DNA of 64,000 bases from an uncultured Gammaproteobacteria bacterium (GCA_963748215.1 CAVVHS010000001.1:12539-76538); one strand, 5' to 3'. Shown: positions 30,576-41,635, counted from the stretch's first letter. Program-made: numbers and translations. The notes: generated by a model from the sequence alone, not told the origin.

Positions 30576-31279
30576 ATGCAGTGGCAGGTGGACAGAACGG
30601 CGTGGCTGGCTGGCCGCGTTTTTCGTCGCCGTCACCGCACATGCCGGCGTCTACCAGCGATTCACGCACGTCGACAGCACGGTTCGCCAGCACGATGTTG
30701 CACCCATGGTCACGGTATCCCTGGTGACGACCACCGCCGCGCCGGCGCCAGCCGAGCCGGCACCGCAACCCGTGGTGCCGGTTGTTCGCCCCCGAACCCG
30801 TTGTTGCTGCCCCGAAGCCGAAAGCACGGACCAGACCGGTCAAACCGAAACAGTCCAACAGCCCAGACCGGGCGCCGCCCCGACCCGTCGAACAGCAGGC
30901 CGAGCCGGCGCCGCCCCCGCAGCTGCCGCAGGCGATCGCCAGCGCCAGCCCGACTGCCGCCGGGCGGCCTTCGACCGCGGAGTCGCCGCTCGAACCACCG
31001 CGTGCCGATGCCGCCTACCTGCGCAATCCGCCGCCGGCCTATCCGAAGCGGCTGCTCAGGCGCGGCGTGGAGGGCGAGGTGCTGGTGCGTGCGCAGGTGC
31101 AGGACGACGGCCGCTGCAGCCGGGTACAGCTAAAGGAATCGAGCGGCTTCCGGCAGTTTGACGAGGCCGCGCTGTCGGCCGTCAGGGACTGGCGCTTCGT
31201 GCCGGCCCGGCAGGGCGAGCAAACGGTCGTGGCCTGGGTGGATGTGCCGATTGCCTTCCAGATCACCCGCAGCCAATGA
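30576..31279 (+). CDS. tonB: TonB energy transducer (apparently frameshifted; start uncertain)
   Basis: TM anchor with AVTAH, Pro-rich linker, C-terminal YP..RRGVEGEV..SSG..D.AAL.AV..W; spread over 2-3 frames (breaks ~30610, ~30786). Confidence 0.82.
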
Positions 31280-31905
31280 ATTCCATGGCTTCCGTTTCCA
31301 TCGTGCATCTCACGCTCTGGCTGCTGGCGACCTTTTCACTGGCGAGCTGGACCGTGATCCTGCTGAAGTCGTGGCTGTACCTGCGTGCGGGTCGCGAGAA
31401 CCGTCGCTTTACGCGCGGTTTCTGGCAGGCGGATGGTCTTGCTAATGCGCAACGCTGCGCGGAACAGGGCCGCGGCATGCTCGCGGCGGTGTCGCGGCGC
31501 GGCTTCGCCGTGCTGCAGTCACCTGCGGACGAAGGTGTCCTGCTTGCGCACACCGATCACGGCCGGATGTTGCTGGAGCGTGCCCTGCGCGACGAGGTGC
31601 AGCAGCAGCAGCGCCGCCTGGACAGCGGGCTGATGCTGCTGGCCAGCGTCGGCTCCACCGCGCCCTTTGTCGGCCTGTTTGGCACGGTATGGGGCATCAT
31701 GCTGGCGCTCGAGGGCATCAGCGCCAGTGGCTCGGCCGCGCTTGACGTGGTGGCCGGGCCGATCGGCGAGGCGCTGATCGCCACGGCGGTCGGCATCGCC
31801 ACTGCCGTGCCGGCGGTGCTGGCCTACAACCACGGCCTGCGCCAGTCACGCCGCCTGGGGATCGAGCTGGAAAATTTCGCCGCCGATTTCGTCGAGCTGG
31901 GCTAG
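31276..31905 (+). CDS. exbB: ExbB/TolQ proton channel
   Basis: STAPFVGLFGTVWGIM, GPIGEALIATAVGIATAVPA. Confidence 0.92.
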   Translation: MNSMASVSIVHLTLWLLATFSLASWTVILLKSWLYLRAGRENRRFTRGFWQADGLANAQRCAEQGRGMLAAVSRRGFAVLQSPADEGVLLAHTDHGRMLLERALRDEVQQQQRRLDSGLMLLASVGSTAPFVGLFGTVWGIMLALEGISASGSAALDVVAGPIGEALIATAVGIATAVPAVLAYNHGLRQSRRLGIELENFAADFVELG

Positions 31906-31906
31906 C

Positions 31907-32314
31907 ATGGCACTGCAAACAAGATCCGAACAGCAGGCGATGAGCGAGATCAACGTGACGCCGCTGGTGGACGTCATGCTGGTATTGCTGGTGATCTTCA
32001 TCGTCACGGCGCCGCTGATGACGCGCGCGGTGCATGTAGAGCTGCCCGAGACGGCGGCCACGACACCCGTTGAACAGTCGCAGCATGTGCACGTGAGCAT
32101 GGACGCGCAGGGTATGCCGTTCATCGAGAACCGCCCGGTCACGCTGGAGGAGCTGGAAGCCGAATTGCATGCGCAGCTGGATGCGGATCCGGGACTGACC
32201 GTGCAGGTACATGGCGATGCGCAGACAGCTTACGGCCGCATGGCGTTGATGATGTCGCTGATCCAGCGTGCCGGTGTCACGAAGGTCGACCTGGTGACGC
32301 TGCCGATGCAGTGA
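31907..32314 (+). CDS. exbD: ExbD/TolR
   Basis: EINVTPLVDVMLVLLVIFIVTAP. Confidence 0.93.
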   Translation: MALQTRSEQQAMSEINVTPLVDVMLVLLVIFIVTAPLMTRAVHVELPETAATTPVEQSQHVHVSMDAQGMPFIENRPVTLEELEAELHAQLDADPGLTVQVHGDAQTAYGRMALMMSLIQRAGVTKVDLVTLPMQ

Positions 32315-32363
32315 GTCTGCCAGGTATCTGCCAGCCCTTCGCGGTTTAGGCCTTTCATACAGT

Positions 32364-32380
32364 TGCGACAATTGGCCGCA
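32364..32380 (+). promoter_or_regulatory. RegA/PrrA-like palindrome upstream of the TonB-dependent receptor
   Basis: TGCGACA-ATT-GGCCGCA. Confidence 0.45.
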
Positions 32381-32481
32381 TCGTAATCAACCGCCGGTTT
32401 CCGGATAATTTTCTATAGCCATTCGATGGCGAATAACAATCATTCAAGCTCGTTCAATCATTAAATTGTGGGGAATCCATC

Positions 32482-34542
32482 GTGTTCATACAAAGAAAAA
32501 CAGCAGCCGTCTGCGCTCTGCTTATTCCATTCATCGCATGTCCGCTTGCCACCGTGTCCGCAGAGGAGGCCACCCGGCTCGGCACGGTCACGGTGACTGG
32601 CAAAGCCATCGGGGAGGACAACGGTTACCAGGTCGAGACCGAGGAGGTGCCTGGCATCGCGCCGGATGCCGCCAGCCTGCTGCAGAAGGTGCCGGGCGCA
32701 AACGTCAACCGTAACGGCGTACTGACCGGTATTGCCCAGTATCGCGGCATGTATGCGGACCGGGTCAACGTCAAGATCAACGGCATCACTATCCCGGGTG
32801 GTGGACCGAATGGTATGGACCCGCCATTGTCCTACATCCCCGGCACACAGCTCGACAACATCGAGGTCATACGCGGCATCGCACCGGTGAGCTCCGGTCT
32901 GGAGACCCTGGGGGGCACCCTGCGCGCGACATCGATCCGGCCTGCATTCGGCAACACCGATGACATGGAGGCGCACGGTTCGCTGCGCCTGTCGGGCGCC
33001 ACGGTAAACGACTCCGGCGCGGCCGGCGTGCTGGCCGGTGTTGCCAATCGCAGCCACCGCATGCACCTGGCAGGCAGCCGTGAGGTGGGCGACGATATCG
33101 AGTTCGATGGCGGCACCATCCGGCCGAGTGAGCATGAGCGTGACAACTATTCGCTCGGTTACGGCTTGCGGCAGTCGGGTAATGAGTTCGCGCTGGATGT
33201 TACCCACAACGATACCGGGCTGACCGGTACCCCGTCGTTGCCCATGGATATCGAGGTGATCGATACCGACATCGTCAGTGGCGATTACACCGGTTATTTT
33301 GGTGCCCATGCCGTGCACGGCCAGCTGTACTACACCGATGTATTTCACGAAATGGCGAACTACGTGCTGCGCCCGGATCCTGGTGCGGGCAACAAGCGGC
33401 GCAACACCGCGGAGGGCACCGGTACCGGTTTCCGGCTCGACGTGGGGCGTGCGCTGGGCGGTGGTGATGTGCTGGTCGGTATCGATGGCCAGCTGGCAAC
33501 ACATGATGCGGTTATAACCAACCCGGATAATGCCGCGTTTCGGGTGGTCAATTTCAACGACGTGGAGCGCAACCTGCTGGGCGTGTTCGGAGAGTGGAAT
33601 GGGGCGCTGGGTGCAGAATGGGACGGTGAATTTGGCCTGCGCGTCAACCAGGTGCGCATGGATGCCGGCCCCGTCAGCCACCATATGGCTGGTAACCCGC
33701 CACCCAATCCGATTGCCGACTTGCAGAACGCGTTCAACAGTGCCGACCGTAGCAAGACCGACACCAACGTCGACTGGGTGGCGCGCTTCAGCCGGCCCTT
33801 GTCATCCGTTATGGATGTCGAGCTCGGGCTGGCGCGCAAGACCCGTTCACCGTCTTACCAGGAGCGTTACCTGTGGGTGCCGCTGGAATCGACCGGTGGC
33901 CTGGCCGACGGCAACACCTACATCGGTGACATCAACCTCGACCCGGAGGTCTCCCACCAGGTGGAGCTGGCGCTCAACATGGCGACCCGTGACACCTATT
34001 TCGAACCGCGTATCTTCTACCGTGACGTGAGCGATTACATCCAGGGCGTGGAAGTGGTTGGGGCACCATATCTGAAGTTCGCCAACGTGGAGGCAACGCT
34101 CTACGGCGCCGATGCGGCATGGGGATACCGGATCGATGAGCGCTGGCGACTGGACGGTATCGTGAGCTATGTGCGCGGCAAACGTGATGACATCTCCGAC
34201 AACCTGTACCGGATTGCACCGCTGAATGGTTCGCTGGGGCTGACCTACACAGCCACTGCATGGGACGTGACCGCGGAAGGTGTGTTCTACGACCGTCAGG
34301 ACAAGGTATCGGCCACCAACGGTGAAACGGAGACTGGCGGCTACGCCCTGATGAACCTGTACGGCAAGTACCGGTTGTCGCGCGACCTGAAACTTTCGGG
34401 TGGCATCGGCAACGTGTTCGACCGCAAGTATGCGGCACACCTGTCCGGCATCAACCGGGCCGCAGGCAGCGATGTCGCCGTCGGCGAACGCGTCCCGGGC
34501 GAGGGGCGCAACGTCTACCTCGCCGTGCAGCTGGACTGGTAA
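32482..34542 (+). CDS. TonB-dependent receptor related to OprC-like copper receptors
   Basis: TonB box TVTVTG, plug motif GGGPNGMDPPLSY, C-terminal GRN...W. Confidence 0.85.
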   Translation: MFIQRKTAAVCALLIPFIACPLATVSAEEATRLGTVTVTGKAIGEDNGYQVETEEVPGIAPDAASLLQKVPGANVNRNGVLTGIAQYRGMYADRVNVKINGITIPGGGPNGMDPPLSYIPGTQLDNIEVIRGIAPVSSGLETLGGTLRATSIRPAFGNTDDMEAHGSLRLSGATVNDSGAAGVLAGVANRSHRMHLAGSREVGDDIEFDGGTIRPSEHERDNYSLGYGLRQSGNEFALDVTHNDTGLTGTPSLPMDIEVIDTDIVSGDYTGYFGAHAVHGQLYYTDVFHEMANYVLRPDPGAGNKRRNTAEGTGTGFRLDVGRALGGGDVLVGIDGQLATHDAVITNPDNAAFRVVNFNDVERNLLGVFGEWNGALGAEWDGEFGLRVNQVRMDAGPVSHHMAGNPPPNPIADLQNAFNSADRSKTDTNVDWVARFSRPLSSVMDVELGLARKTRSPSYQERYLWVPLESTGGLADGNTYIGDINLDPEVSHQVELALNMATRDTYFEPRIFYRDVSDYIQGVEVVGAPYLKFANVEATLYGADAAWGYRIDERWRLDGIVSYVRGKRDDISDNLYRIAPLNGSLGLTYTATAWDVTAEGVFYDRQDKVSATNGETETGGYALMNLYGKYRLSRDLKLSGGIGNVFDRKYAAHLSGINRAAGSDVAVGERVPGEGRNVYLAVQLDW

Positions 34543-34681
34543 CGACGATGCGGATTCTAACCGGGTAGTGTCGCGTCTAGCCGGGCGCAGGCGGGTATCT
34601 GCACGGCAAACTGGTACGTCCACCGGCAGGTGAATGCGGGGTGTGCTGTGCTGGCTGCCACCGGGCAGCCGGGAGTCCGGG

Positions 34682-35773
34682 CTATTTCTGCTGCTGGCGT
34701 TTCAGCTGCTCAAGGTTGGCCAGTACCTTGTTGGCGCGGTCGGTGCGTTCACGTACCTCGGTATTGTCCGGATCAAGCGCCAGCGCCTCGGACCAGGTTT
34801 GCAGTGCCTCGAATATTTTCTCGGCACGGTACTGGGTGTCACCGGTCATGATGAGGTGCTTGACCCGGTTACCGACGGCCTCGTCCAGAGTGTTCTGCAC
34901 CGCGATAACCTCGCTGTCCTGGCTGGTCGAGGGCGGGATCTTCGTGAATGCCTCGCGTGCATCCTGCAGCTTGTTGTTAATCAGCGCCTGCTGCGTAGTG
35001 GCCAGCAGCTTCTCCGTTTCATGCTTGTCATCGCGATCGGTCTCGAGCTTGATCTTGGCTTTTCTGACGTTTACCGCCTGGCGCACGGACGCCTGCCGAG
35101 ATTTCTGCATGGCCTGCAGCTCGTTCCGCAGGGAGACGGAATCGGCAGTTTCATTGAGTTGATACGCGATATTCGCGCAACTCCTGGCGACGTCCAGTTC
35201 ATTTTCCTGTAGGGCATGGCGGGCATGTTCCAGCAGCTTTTCCGAGAGGGTGATTCGCTCGTTTTCATGCTTTGCGTGTTCGCGTCGCTGTTCATAACTC
35301 GGTGTCTGCAGGTTGACATGCGCCGCATAGAGCTGTTGCCATTCCAGCAGGTACCGGGCGCGCGCAGTCAGGCTGTTGCGTTCATTGACCTCTAGCTGGT
35401 GTACGCGCTGCGCCTCGAGCTTAGTGCGCAGTTCGCGCAACTGTGTACTGTGCGGCACCCTGCGCAGTGCCTCGGAGAGCAGTTCGACGGCGCCAAGCAA
35501 TTCATTGTCGGACTGCAGTGCGCGGGACCGGGCGAGGATATCGTCTTCATAGGCGGATTCGAGGCTGGCGATTCTGTCCTGCAGTTCAAGGGTGTCGATT
35601 TCGGGATGTCCGGCTGTCAGGGTCCGGACGCGGGAAAATTCGTGTTGTTCGAGCAGTGGCTCGATATCAGCGGGCGTATCCTGCGGGATGCGGATGTTCT
35701 GTACTTGCAGGCAACCGGCCAGCAATGGCAGCAACAACAGTGACGCAATCAGGTGCCGGGAGCGATCACGCAT
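34682..35773 (-). CDS. TPR-like helical lipoprotein
   Basis: LLAGC lipobox; C-terminal EALQTWSEALALDPDN; overlaps end of the cyclase gene. Confidence 0.8.
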   Translation of the reverse strand: MRDRSRHLIASLLLLPLLAGCLQVQNIRIPQDTPADIEPLLEQHEFSRVRTLTAGHPEIDTLELQDRIASLESAYEDDILARSRALQSDNELLGAVELLSEALRRVPHSTQLRELRTKLEAQRVHQLEVNERNSLTARARYLLEWQQLYAAHVNLQTPSYEQRREHAKHENERITLSEKLLEHARHALQENELDVARSCANIAYQLNETADSVSLRNELQAMQKSRQASVRQAVNVRKAKIKLETDRDDKHETEKLLATTQQALINNKLQDAREAFTKIPPSTSQDSEVIAVQNTLDEAVGNRVKHLIMTGDTQYRAEKIFEALQTWSEALALDPDNTEVRERTDRANKVLANLEQLKRQQQK

Positions 35774-37388
35774 AGGTGGCCTCGTCAGCCTCGCTGGTGA
35801 TGATGGTTTCGAACTGCTTGTCGATGATGCCCTGGTAATCAGTTACCAGTCGTTCAACCCGGTAGGTGCTCACCGGCTGACTTATGCCACGCAGGTGTAT
35901 GGACTGGTATTCACCTGCTATTACACGATGCCTGATGTCGTCACGCTGGTACATCTCGCGCGAGATGACGATTTCATTGGCGTTGGTAATGCCGCACAGC
36001 CGTGAAGCCAGGTTCACGGTATCACCTACCACGGTATATTCCATACGATTCCTCGATCCCATGTTGCCGGCCAGCATGCTGCCGGTATTCACGCCGATCC
36101 TGAACTGGACCGGGAACAGGTTATTTTCGAGGCGCACGCGATTTTCCTGCTCGACCAGACGCTGGATCAGCAGCGCGCAGGTTATGGCATGAAAGGCATG
36201 ATCCTTGTCCGGTTCCGGCGCGCCGAATACGAGCATGACGCCGTCGCCCATGTACTTGTCCACCATGCCCTGGTTGATTTCGCAGGCGCGCGTCACCAGG
36301 GTGAAGTAGCGGTTCAGTATGCTGACCAGGTCTTCGGGCCTGATGGTTTCCGAGATCTGTGTAAAGCCCTTGATGTCCGCGAATACCACCGTGCCTTCCA
36401 CACGCTTGCCGCTGAGGCCGACATCATCGAGATTGGAAAGGATCTCGCGAGCCACGCTGGGTGACACATAGCGCGACAGGGCGCTCTTGACCTGGGATTT
36501 CTCCAGCATGCCCTCGGCCATTTCATTGAATGCCTCCATCAGCAGTCCCAGCTCGTCCTTGCGGCATTCCTTGAAACGGAAGGTGTATTCGCCCTTGCCG
36601 ATGGCGTGGCTGGCATTGACCAGTTGATCAATCGGCTGGGTGATGCGCCGCCCGAGTGCAAAGGACATCGCGACGCCCAGCGTGATGATCAGCACCGTGG
36701 CACCCACGATGGTCTGGACGGCCTCCCTGAGCGAAGCAGTCATACCGGCCTGGCTGAACGTGACCATGGCATAACCGGCCTTGACGTCCTGGAATGACAC
36801 TGGCTGGATGAACGACATCACGGTCTCGGCCCTGGTGCCGGACAAAGGTGTCCAGTTCCAGATATGCGTGCCTGCGGTGTTTCGGATAATGCGGCTGACG
36901 TCCTTGCTGGTGAGCGGATTCTTCTCCTCGAACAGCGCGCCGGCCTGTGTGATGAGCGTGCCATCGATGGTCGCGATCGCGGTACCGACCACACTGCTGC
37001 TGTTGGAGAAGCTGCTGGCGATTGAGTCCAGCGCCAGCTTGTCTTCCGCCAGCAGCGGCTCGCGCGCGGATTTTGCCATCAGTCGCGCCAGGGTGCCGCC
37101 AAGTTCGCTGATCTGTGCCTCCAGCTGGCGTGATTGCTGCTGGATGAGAATGGTCCCGAGCAGCAGCATGCAGCTCACGATGACTACGGTAATCAGGAAC
37201 GAAAACTTGTAGGACAGCGGCATGCGCTGGACACGGTCATGCAGCCCGCGCCAGTGCCTGGCCACGGCCGAAAACAGGGCGCGCAGGCGTGTCCGCTTCC
37301 TGAACACGGCGATGGCGCCGGAGCTGATCGCATCGTCGTCGCTTGACGTGCCGCTGATACCCGTTTTTTCCGGCAATGGACTGTCCAT
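35766..37388 (-). CDS. Membrane class III adenylate cyclase with HAMP domain
   Basis: Two TM segments, HAMP, FADIKGFT, DKYMGDG, YTVVGDTVNLASRL. Confidence 0.92.
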   Translation of the reverse strand: MDSPLPEKTGISGTSSDDDAISSGAIAVFRKRTRLRALFSAVARHWRGLHDRVQRMPLSYKFSFLITVVIVSCMLLLGTILIQQQSRQLEAQISELGGTLARLMAKSAREPLLAEDKLALDSIASSFSNSSSVVGTAIATIDGTLITQAGALFEEKNPLTSKDVSRIIRNTAGTHIWNWTPLSGTRAETVMSFIQPVSFQDVKAGYAMVTFSQAGMTASLREAVQTIVGATVLIITLGVAMSFALGRRITQPIDQLVNASHAIGKGEYTFRFKECRKDELGLLMEAFNEMAEGMLEKSQVKSALSRYVSPSVAREILSNLDDVGLSGKRVEGTVVFADIKGFTQISETIRPEDLVSILNRYFTLVTRACEINQGMVDKYMGDGVMLVFGAPEPDKDHAFHAITCALLIQRLVEQENRVRLENNLFPVQFRIGVNTGSMLAGNMGSRNRMEYTVVGDTVNLASRLCGITNANEIVISREMYQRDDIRHRVIAGEYQSIHLRGISQPVSTYRVERLVTDYQGIIDKQFETIITSEADEATYA

Positions 37389-37474
37389 CAGTGCACCTTC
37401 CGGCGTACGGAAATCGCGGTGCATGCGCCGTCTGTGTACAATATGATGTCATTCAAGCATTCGCCGGAATCCAT

Positions 37475-38686
37475 ATGACCCTCATCAGACCCTTTGCCGC
37501 CCTGCGTCCCGTCAGCGAACACACCGCGGATGTGGTGGCGCCGCCCTACGATGTGCTCAGCTCGGCCGAGGCGCGTGAACGTGTGCGCGGCCGGCCCTTG
37601 AGTTTCCTGCATATCTCCAAGGCCGAGATCGACCTGCCGGAAGGCACCGATCCCCATGCCGCCGAGGTCTATGCGACAGCTGCGCGTAACCTCGAGCGCA
37701 TGCTTGCCGACGGTGTTCTGGTGCGTGACACGGCACCCTGCTACTACGTCTATCGCCTGGTGATGGGCGAGCACGTGCAAACAGGGCTGGTGGCTGCGGC
37801 GTCCGTGGCCGCCTACGACAGCAACCGGATTCGCAGGCACGAATTCACCCGCCCCGACAAGGAGGACGACCGGGTGCGCCAGATCGAGGCACTCGACGCG
37901 CAGACCGGCCCCGTGCTGCTGGCCTACCGCTCCGCCGCGGAAGTCGACGGCATGCTCGAGCGGATCACGCAGGAAACGCCGGCTGCCGATCTGGTCGCCG
38001 ACGACGGGATCGGTCACGCGCTCTGGGTGGTACGCGATGCGGCACTCATCGACTCGCTTACCCGTGCCTTCGATGCCATGTCCGCCCTGTATATCGCGGA
38101 CGGCCATCACCGCTCCGCGGCGGCTTCCCGGGTATCCGCCAGCCGGAACGATGCCGACGGCAGTTTCCTGACTGTTATCTTTCCCCATAACCAGATGCAG
38201 ATCCTCGACTACAACCGGGTGGTCCGTGATCTGGCCGGGATGAGCGCGGAGCAGTTCCTCGCCCGCGTCAGTGCCGCCTTTTCCATAACCCCGGAAGCTG
38301 GTGCGGTTCATCCCCGGCGGCCCGGCGAGTTCGGGATCTACCTGGCAGGGCAGTGGTACCGGATTGCGGTGCCGGCGGATTCCACCCCCGCCGATCCCGT
38401 CGCACGGCTTGACGTCAGCCTGCTGGCTGACCGCCTGCTCGCCCCGGTGCTCGGGATTACCGATCCGCGGCGTGATACACGCATCGATTTCGTCGGCGGT
38501 ATACGTGGCCTGGGCGAGCTCGAACGGCGTGTTGACAGCGGCGAAATGGCGGCCGCCTTCGCCCTGTATCCGACCCGCATGGAAGATCTGATGGCGGTGG
38601 CCGATGCCGGCGAGGTGATGCCACCCAAGTCCACCTGGTTTGAGCCCAAGCTGGCGGACGGTCTGGTATCCCTGGTACTCGACTGA
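37475..38686 (+). CDS. DUF1015 family protein
   Basis: APPYDV, IRRHEFTRPDKE, YIADGHHRSA, MPPKSTWFEPKL. Confidence 0.92.
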   Translation: MTLIRPFAALRPVSEHTADVVAPPYDVLSSAEARERVRGRPLSFLHISKAEIDLPEGTDPHAAEVYATAARNLERMLADGVLVRDTAPCYYVYRLVMGEHVQTGLVAAASVAAYDSNRIRRHEFTRPDKEDDRVRQIEALDAQTGPVLLAYRSAAEVDGMLERITQETPAADLVADDGIGHALWVVRDAALIDSLTRAFDAMSALYIADGHHRSAAASRVSASRNDADGSFLTVIFPHNQMQILDYNRVVRDLAGMSAEQFLARVSAAFSITPEAGAVHPRRPGEFGIYLAGQWYRIAVPADSTPADPVARLDVSLLADRLLAPVLGITDPRRDTRIDFVGGIRGLGELERRVDSGEMAAAFALYPTRMEDLMAVADAGEVMPPKSTWFEPKLADGLVSLVLD

Positions 38687-38743
38687 TACGGGCGGGGAGC
38701 AGGGCGGCTGCTTGTGGTAGCGATTGGTCATGACGTTCTGCTG

Positions 38744-40819
38744 TCAGGCGACCTCGCTCTCGAATGTATAGCCCAGTTCCCTGGACGGCTCCTGGATAAA
38801 GTTCCCCTGTATATAATGTATGCCGAGCTGCCATAGCTTCGCGAGGCAGATGGAATCCTCGACGTTCACCGCGATGCAGGGTTTGCCGGACTTTTTCGCA
38901 ATCTCGATAACCGCCCTGACGGTATCCTGCGCTTCCTTGTCACTGGCGAGCTTCGCGATCAGTGAGCTGTCGATCTTAATAATGTCGGCAGGTACATGAT
39001 TCAGTATCTGCAGTTTCCCGTTGCAGCCGATGTGTTCGAGTGCCACCTTGCAATTGATGGAATGAACCGCCTCGATAAATGACATGGTGTTCTTGAGGTC
39101 GAGTTCGGCCACCTGTTCCGGGATTTCAAACACCACGCCTTCGCTGTCCAGTCCGTATTCCAGCAGCCTGTCGCTGATCCAGTCTGTCAGGTCGCTGTCT
39201 GTCAGGGTCGAGCCGGACAGCTTGATATAAAACGAGGTGGTACTGTTCTTGCGCAATTCAGCGAGCGTGGCGAAGGCATGGTCGATGATCCAGCGATCGA
39301 TTTTGCCGCTGAGACCGGTTTTGTCGGCAATTGCCAGGAATTCACCCGGCAGGATGGTGTGATCTTTTTCATCGAGTATCCTGAGCAGTACCTCGTAGCG
39401 CGGGGACGCGTCCCCCTTCAGGCTGACGATGGGCTGGTAGACGAGATAGAAACGCTCCTGCTCGATGGTGTCACTGATAATCCAGTCCAGATCGCTCTTC
39501 TGTTCCTTGCCGATGCTGTCGTCGACAATCGTGCTATGAGTATGAATCTGGTTGCCGCCCGAGGTGCGTGCGACCTCGCACGCCATGTCGGCATAGGAGA
39601 TTATTTTCTGGACATCCTGTGCGTGTTCGTTGATTGCACAAATGCCGATGCTGGCAGTCAGGGCAAATGCGCGTCCACCTGCTTCCGACAGGTGGTGCGC
39701 AATCGTATTCAACAGCTCCTCGCCGGTACGCTGGATAGCGTCCTGATCACTGGCCTGTTTCAGGATGGCAAAACTGAAGTCGCCAAAACGTGACAGCGTA
39801 TCTTCCTCGCCACACTGTTTGCTGATCAGGCTGGCCATGTCACACAACACAGCATCACTGGCGGCAACGCCGGCCTCGTCGCGCACGGACTTGAAATTGT
39901 CCAGCATTACGTAGATCAGGGCGCGTTTCCTGTTGCTGACCGGGTGGGCAATACGCTGGGCAAGCAGCGTCATGAAGTGCTGGCGGTTGGACAGACCAGT
40001 GAGCATGTCTTTATTCGACAATGAATTGATTCGTTCCTCGAATTCTGAATTCGAGCTATGGACCCGTATCAGGAGCTGCGTGCAGGGTTCCCCCGCCATG
40101 GTCGCAGGCGAGCATTCCATGGTGCAGTTGAACGTGCCTTCGTGAGGACTCAGGCACTCGATATCGAGAGTGGTGCTGTTGTCACCGTTTTCGATATCGC
40201 TCTTGAGAAATTCCTTGAACCGGTCGCGCTGCTCGCTACTGATCATGTCCAGCACCGGCATACCCTCGATCTCTTCTCTCGTTTCGATGGCAAACAGCTT
40301 CATGTAGGGGCGGTTTGCATAGACATGCATGCCATCGTGGATGTAGGCAATGGCGTCACTCGAGTTTTCGATCAGTTCATGACAGCGGGTTTCGCCGTCT
40401 TGCAGTTTCTTTTCCAGCCGTTGCAAACTGTGACGCAGCCGGATTGTCTCCATCTGCCGCTCGAATACCATGTGCAGGTGTTCGGGGCTTTCATACGATA
40501 CCAGGTCGTCAATGCCGCTTTTCTGTGCGCTGATGACATCTGCCTCGCTGGCTGCATCGGCGATCGCGATGACGGTGGGTGGCGTGGGACACCGTTCGAG
40601 GATCGAGGCAATCTCTTGCAAATCGGGCAGGCCGTCGCCACTGCCGCAGATAACAATGTCGGGAAGCTGCTGTTCGAGTGCCGCGGCCAGTTCATCGCCG
40701 CTGGCGACGTGCTCGAAGGCGAGGGTATGGCCGGCGTTCCTGAACTCGGTGACAAGCGATTCGGCATCGGAACCGCTTTCCTCGACGATGAGCAGGCGTA
40801 ATGATTCACCAGTTGTCAC
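38744..40819 (-). CDS. fimX: FimX-like REC-PAS-GGDEF-EAL protein with degenerate catalytic motifs
   Basis: REC-like N-terminus, SSDAIAYIHDGMHVYAN, RFGDFSF, YEVLLR; GTG start after GAGG. Confidence 0.8.
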   Translation of the reverse strand: MTTGESLRLLIVEESGSDAESLVTEFRNAGHTLAFEHVASGDELAAALEQQLPDIVICGSGDGLPDLQEIASILERCPTPPTVIAIADAASEADVISAQKSGIDDLVSYESPEHLHMVFERQMETIRLRHSLQRLEKKLQDGETRCHELIENSSDAIAYIHDGMHVYANRPYMKLFAIETREEIEGMPVLDMISSEQRDRFKEFLKSDIENGDNSTTLDIECLSPHEGTFNCTMECSPATMAGEPCTQLLIRVHSSNSEFEERINSLSNKDMLTGLSNRQHFMTLLAQRIAHPVSNRKRALIYVMLDNFKSVRDEAGVAASDAVLCDMASLISKQCGEEDTLSRFGDFSFAILKQASDQDAIQRTGEELLNTIAHHLSEAGGRAFALTASIGICAINEHAQDVQKIISYADMACEVARTSGGNQIHTHSTIVDDSIGKEQKSDLDWIISDTIEQERFYLVYQPIVSLKGDASPRYEVLLRILDEKDHTILPGEFLAIADKTGLSGKIDRWIIDHAFATLAELRKNSTTSFYIKLSGSTLTDSDLTDWISDRLLEYGLDSEGVVFEIPEQVAELDLKNTMSFIEAVHSINCKVALEHIGCNGKLQILNHVPADIIKIDSSLIAKLASDKEAQDTVRAVIEIAKKSGKPCIAVNVEDSICLAKLWQLGIHYIQGNFIQEPSRELGYTFESEVA

Positions 40820-41093
40820 TGCAGACCTCTTTTCCGGAACAGCCACTGGAACGACCAGCAATGAATGAGCAGATGTCATGCTCACTACTGGCCCCGACCT
40901 CACTAATGTCGGCAACGCGTCCATGGTCTTGAATTACTCCCTATATATGCCGGTCTGGACGGGGCCGGGTGTGCGGCCGGGGGTGTTTCCTGTCGCGAGG
41001 ATTCCTGATAGCATGCAAGTAACTGATAATCTGAACGTTTACATGTCCGGCTGGCGAAACCCGGCAGCCGGCCTGAATACCCGGAGACACGCT

Positions 41094-41615
41094 ATGCACC
41101 CTGTGACGGTAAGAACTGAAGCTGCGGATGATGTCCGCGCCATCGATGTTGTTCACATCAGCGCCTTTGGTGGCGAGGCGGAGGCACAGCTGGTCAGTGC
41201 GCTGCGTGCCTCGAATGCCTATAACCGGGAACTGTCGCTGGTTGCCGAGCTGGGCGGCCGCATCGTCGGACACGTGTTGCTGACGCGAGTGCCGTTGCGC
41301 AAGGGTGGTAGCGAAAAGCAGGTGCTGGCGCTGGGTCCGATGTCCGTGGTGCCGTCCCAGAGCCATCGTGGTATCGGCTCGGAACTGATCCAGGCCAGTG
41401 TCAAACTGGCACGCGAGAAGGGCTATGGCAGCATTGTCGTCCTCGGGCACCCCGAATACTACAAGCGCTTCGGTTTCGTGCCGGCGAAAGAGCGGCAAGT
41501 GACCTGTAACCTGCCGGCGCCAGAGGAGGCGTTGACGGTCTACGAGGTGGAGGTCGGCAACCTGGCCGGGGGCGGGCACGTGGAATACCCGGAGCCGTTC
41601 GTCGCGCTGTTCTGA
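41094..41615 (+). CDS. GNAT N-acetyltransferase (YhbS-like)
   Basis: SLVAE..GRIVGH, LGPMSVVP.QSHRGIGSEL, VLGHPEYYKRFGF. Confidence 0.9.
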   Translation: MHPVTVRTEAADDVRAIDVVHISAFGGEAEAQLVSALRASNAYNRELSLVAELGGRIVGHVLLTRVPLRKGGSEKQVLALGPMSVVPSQSHRGIGSELIQASVKLAREKGYGSIVVLGHPEYYKRFGFVPAKERQVTCNLPAPEEALTVYEVEVGNLAGGGHVEYPEPFVALF

Positions 41616-41635
41616 TTAATCGACGGCTGGCCGGG

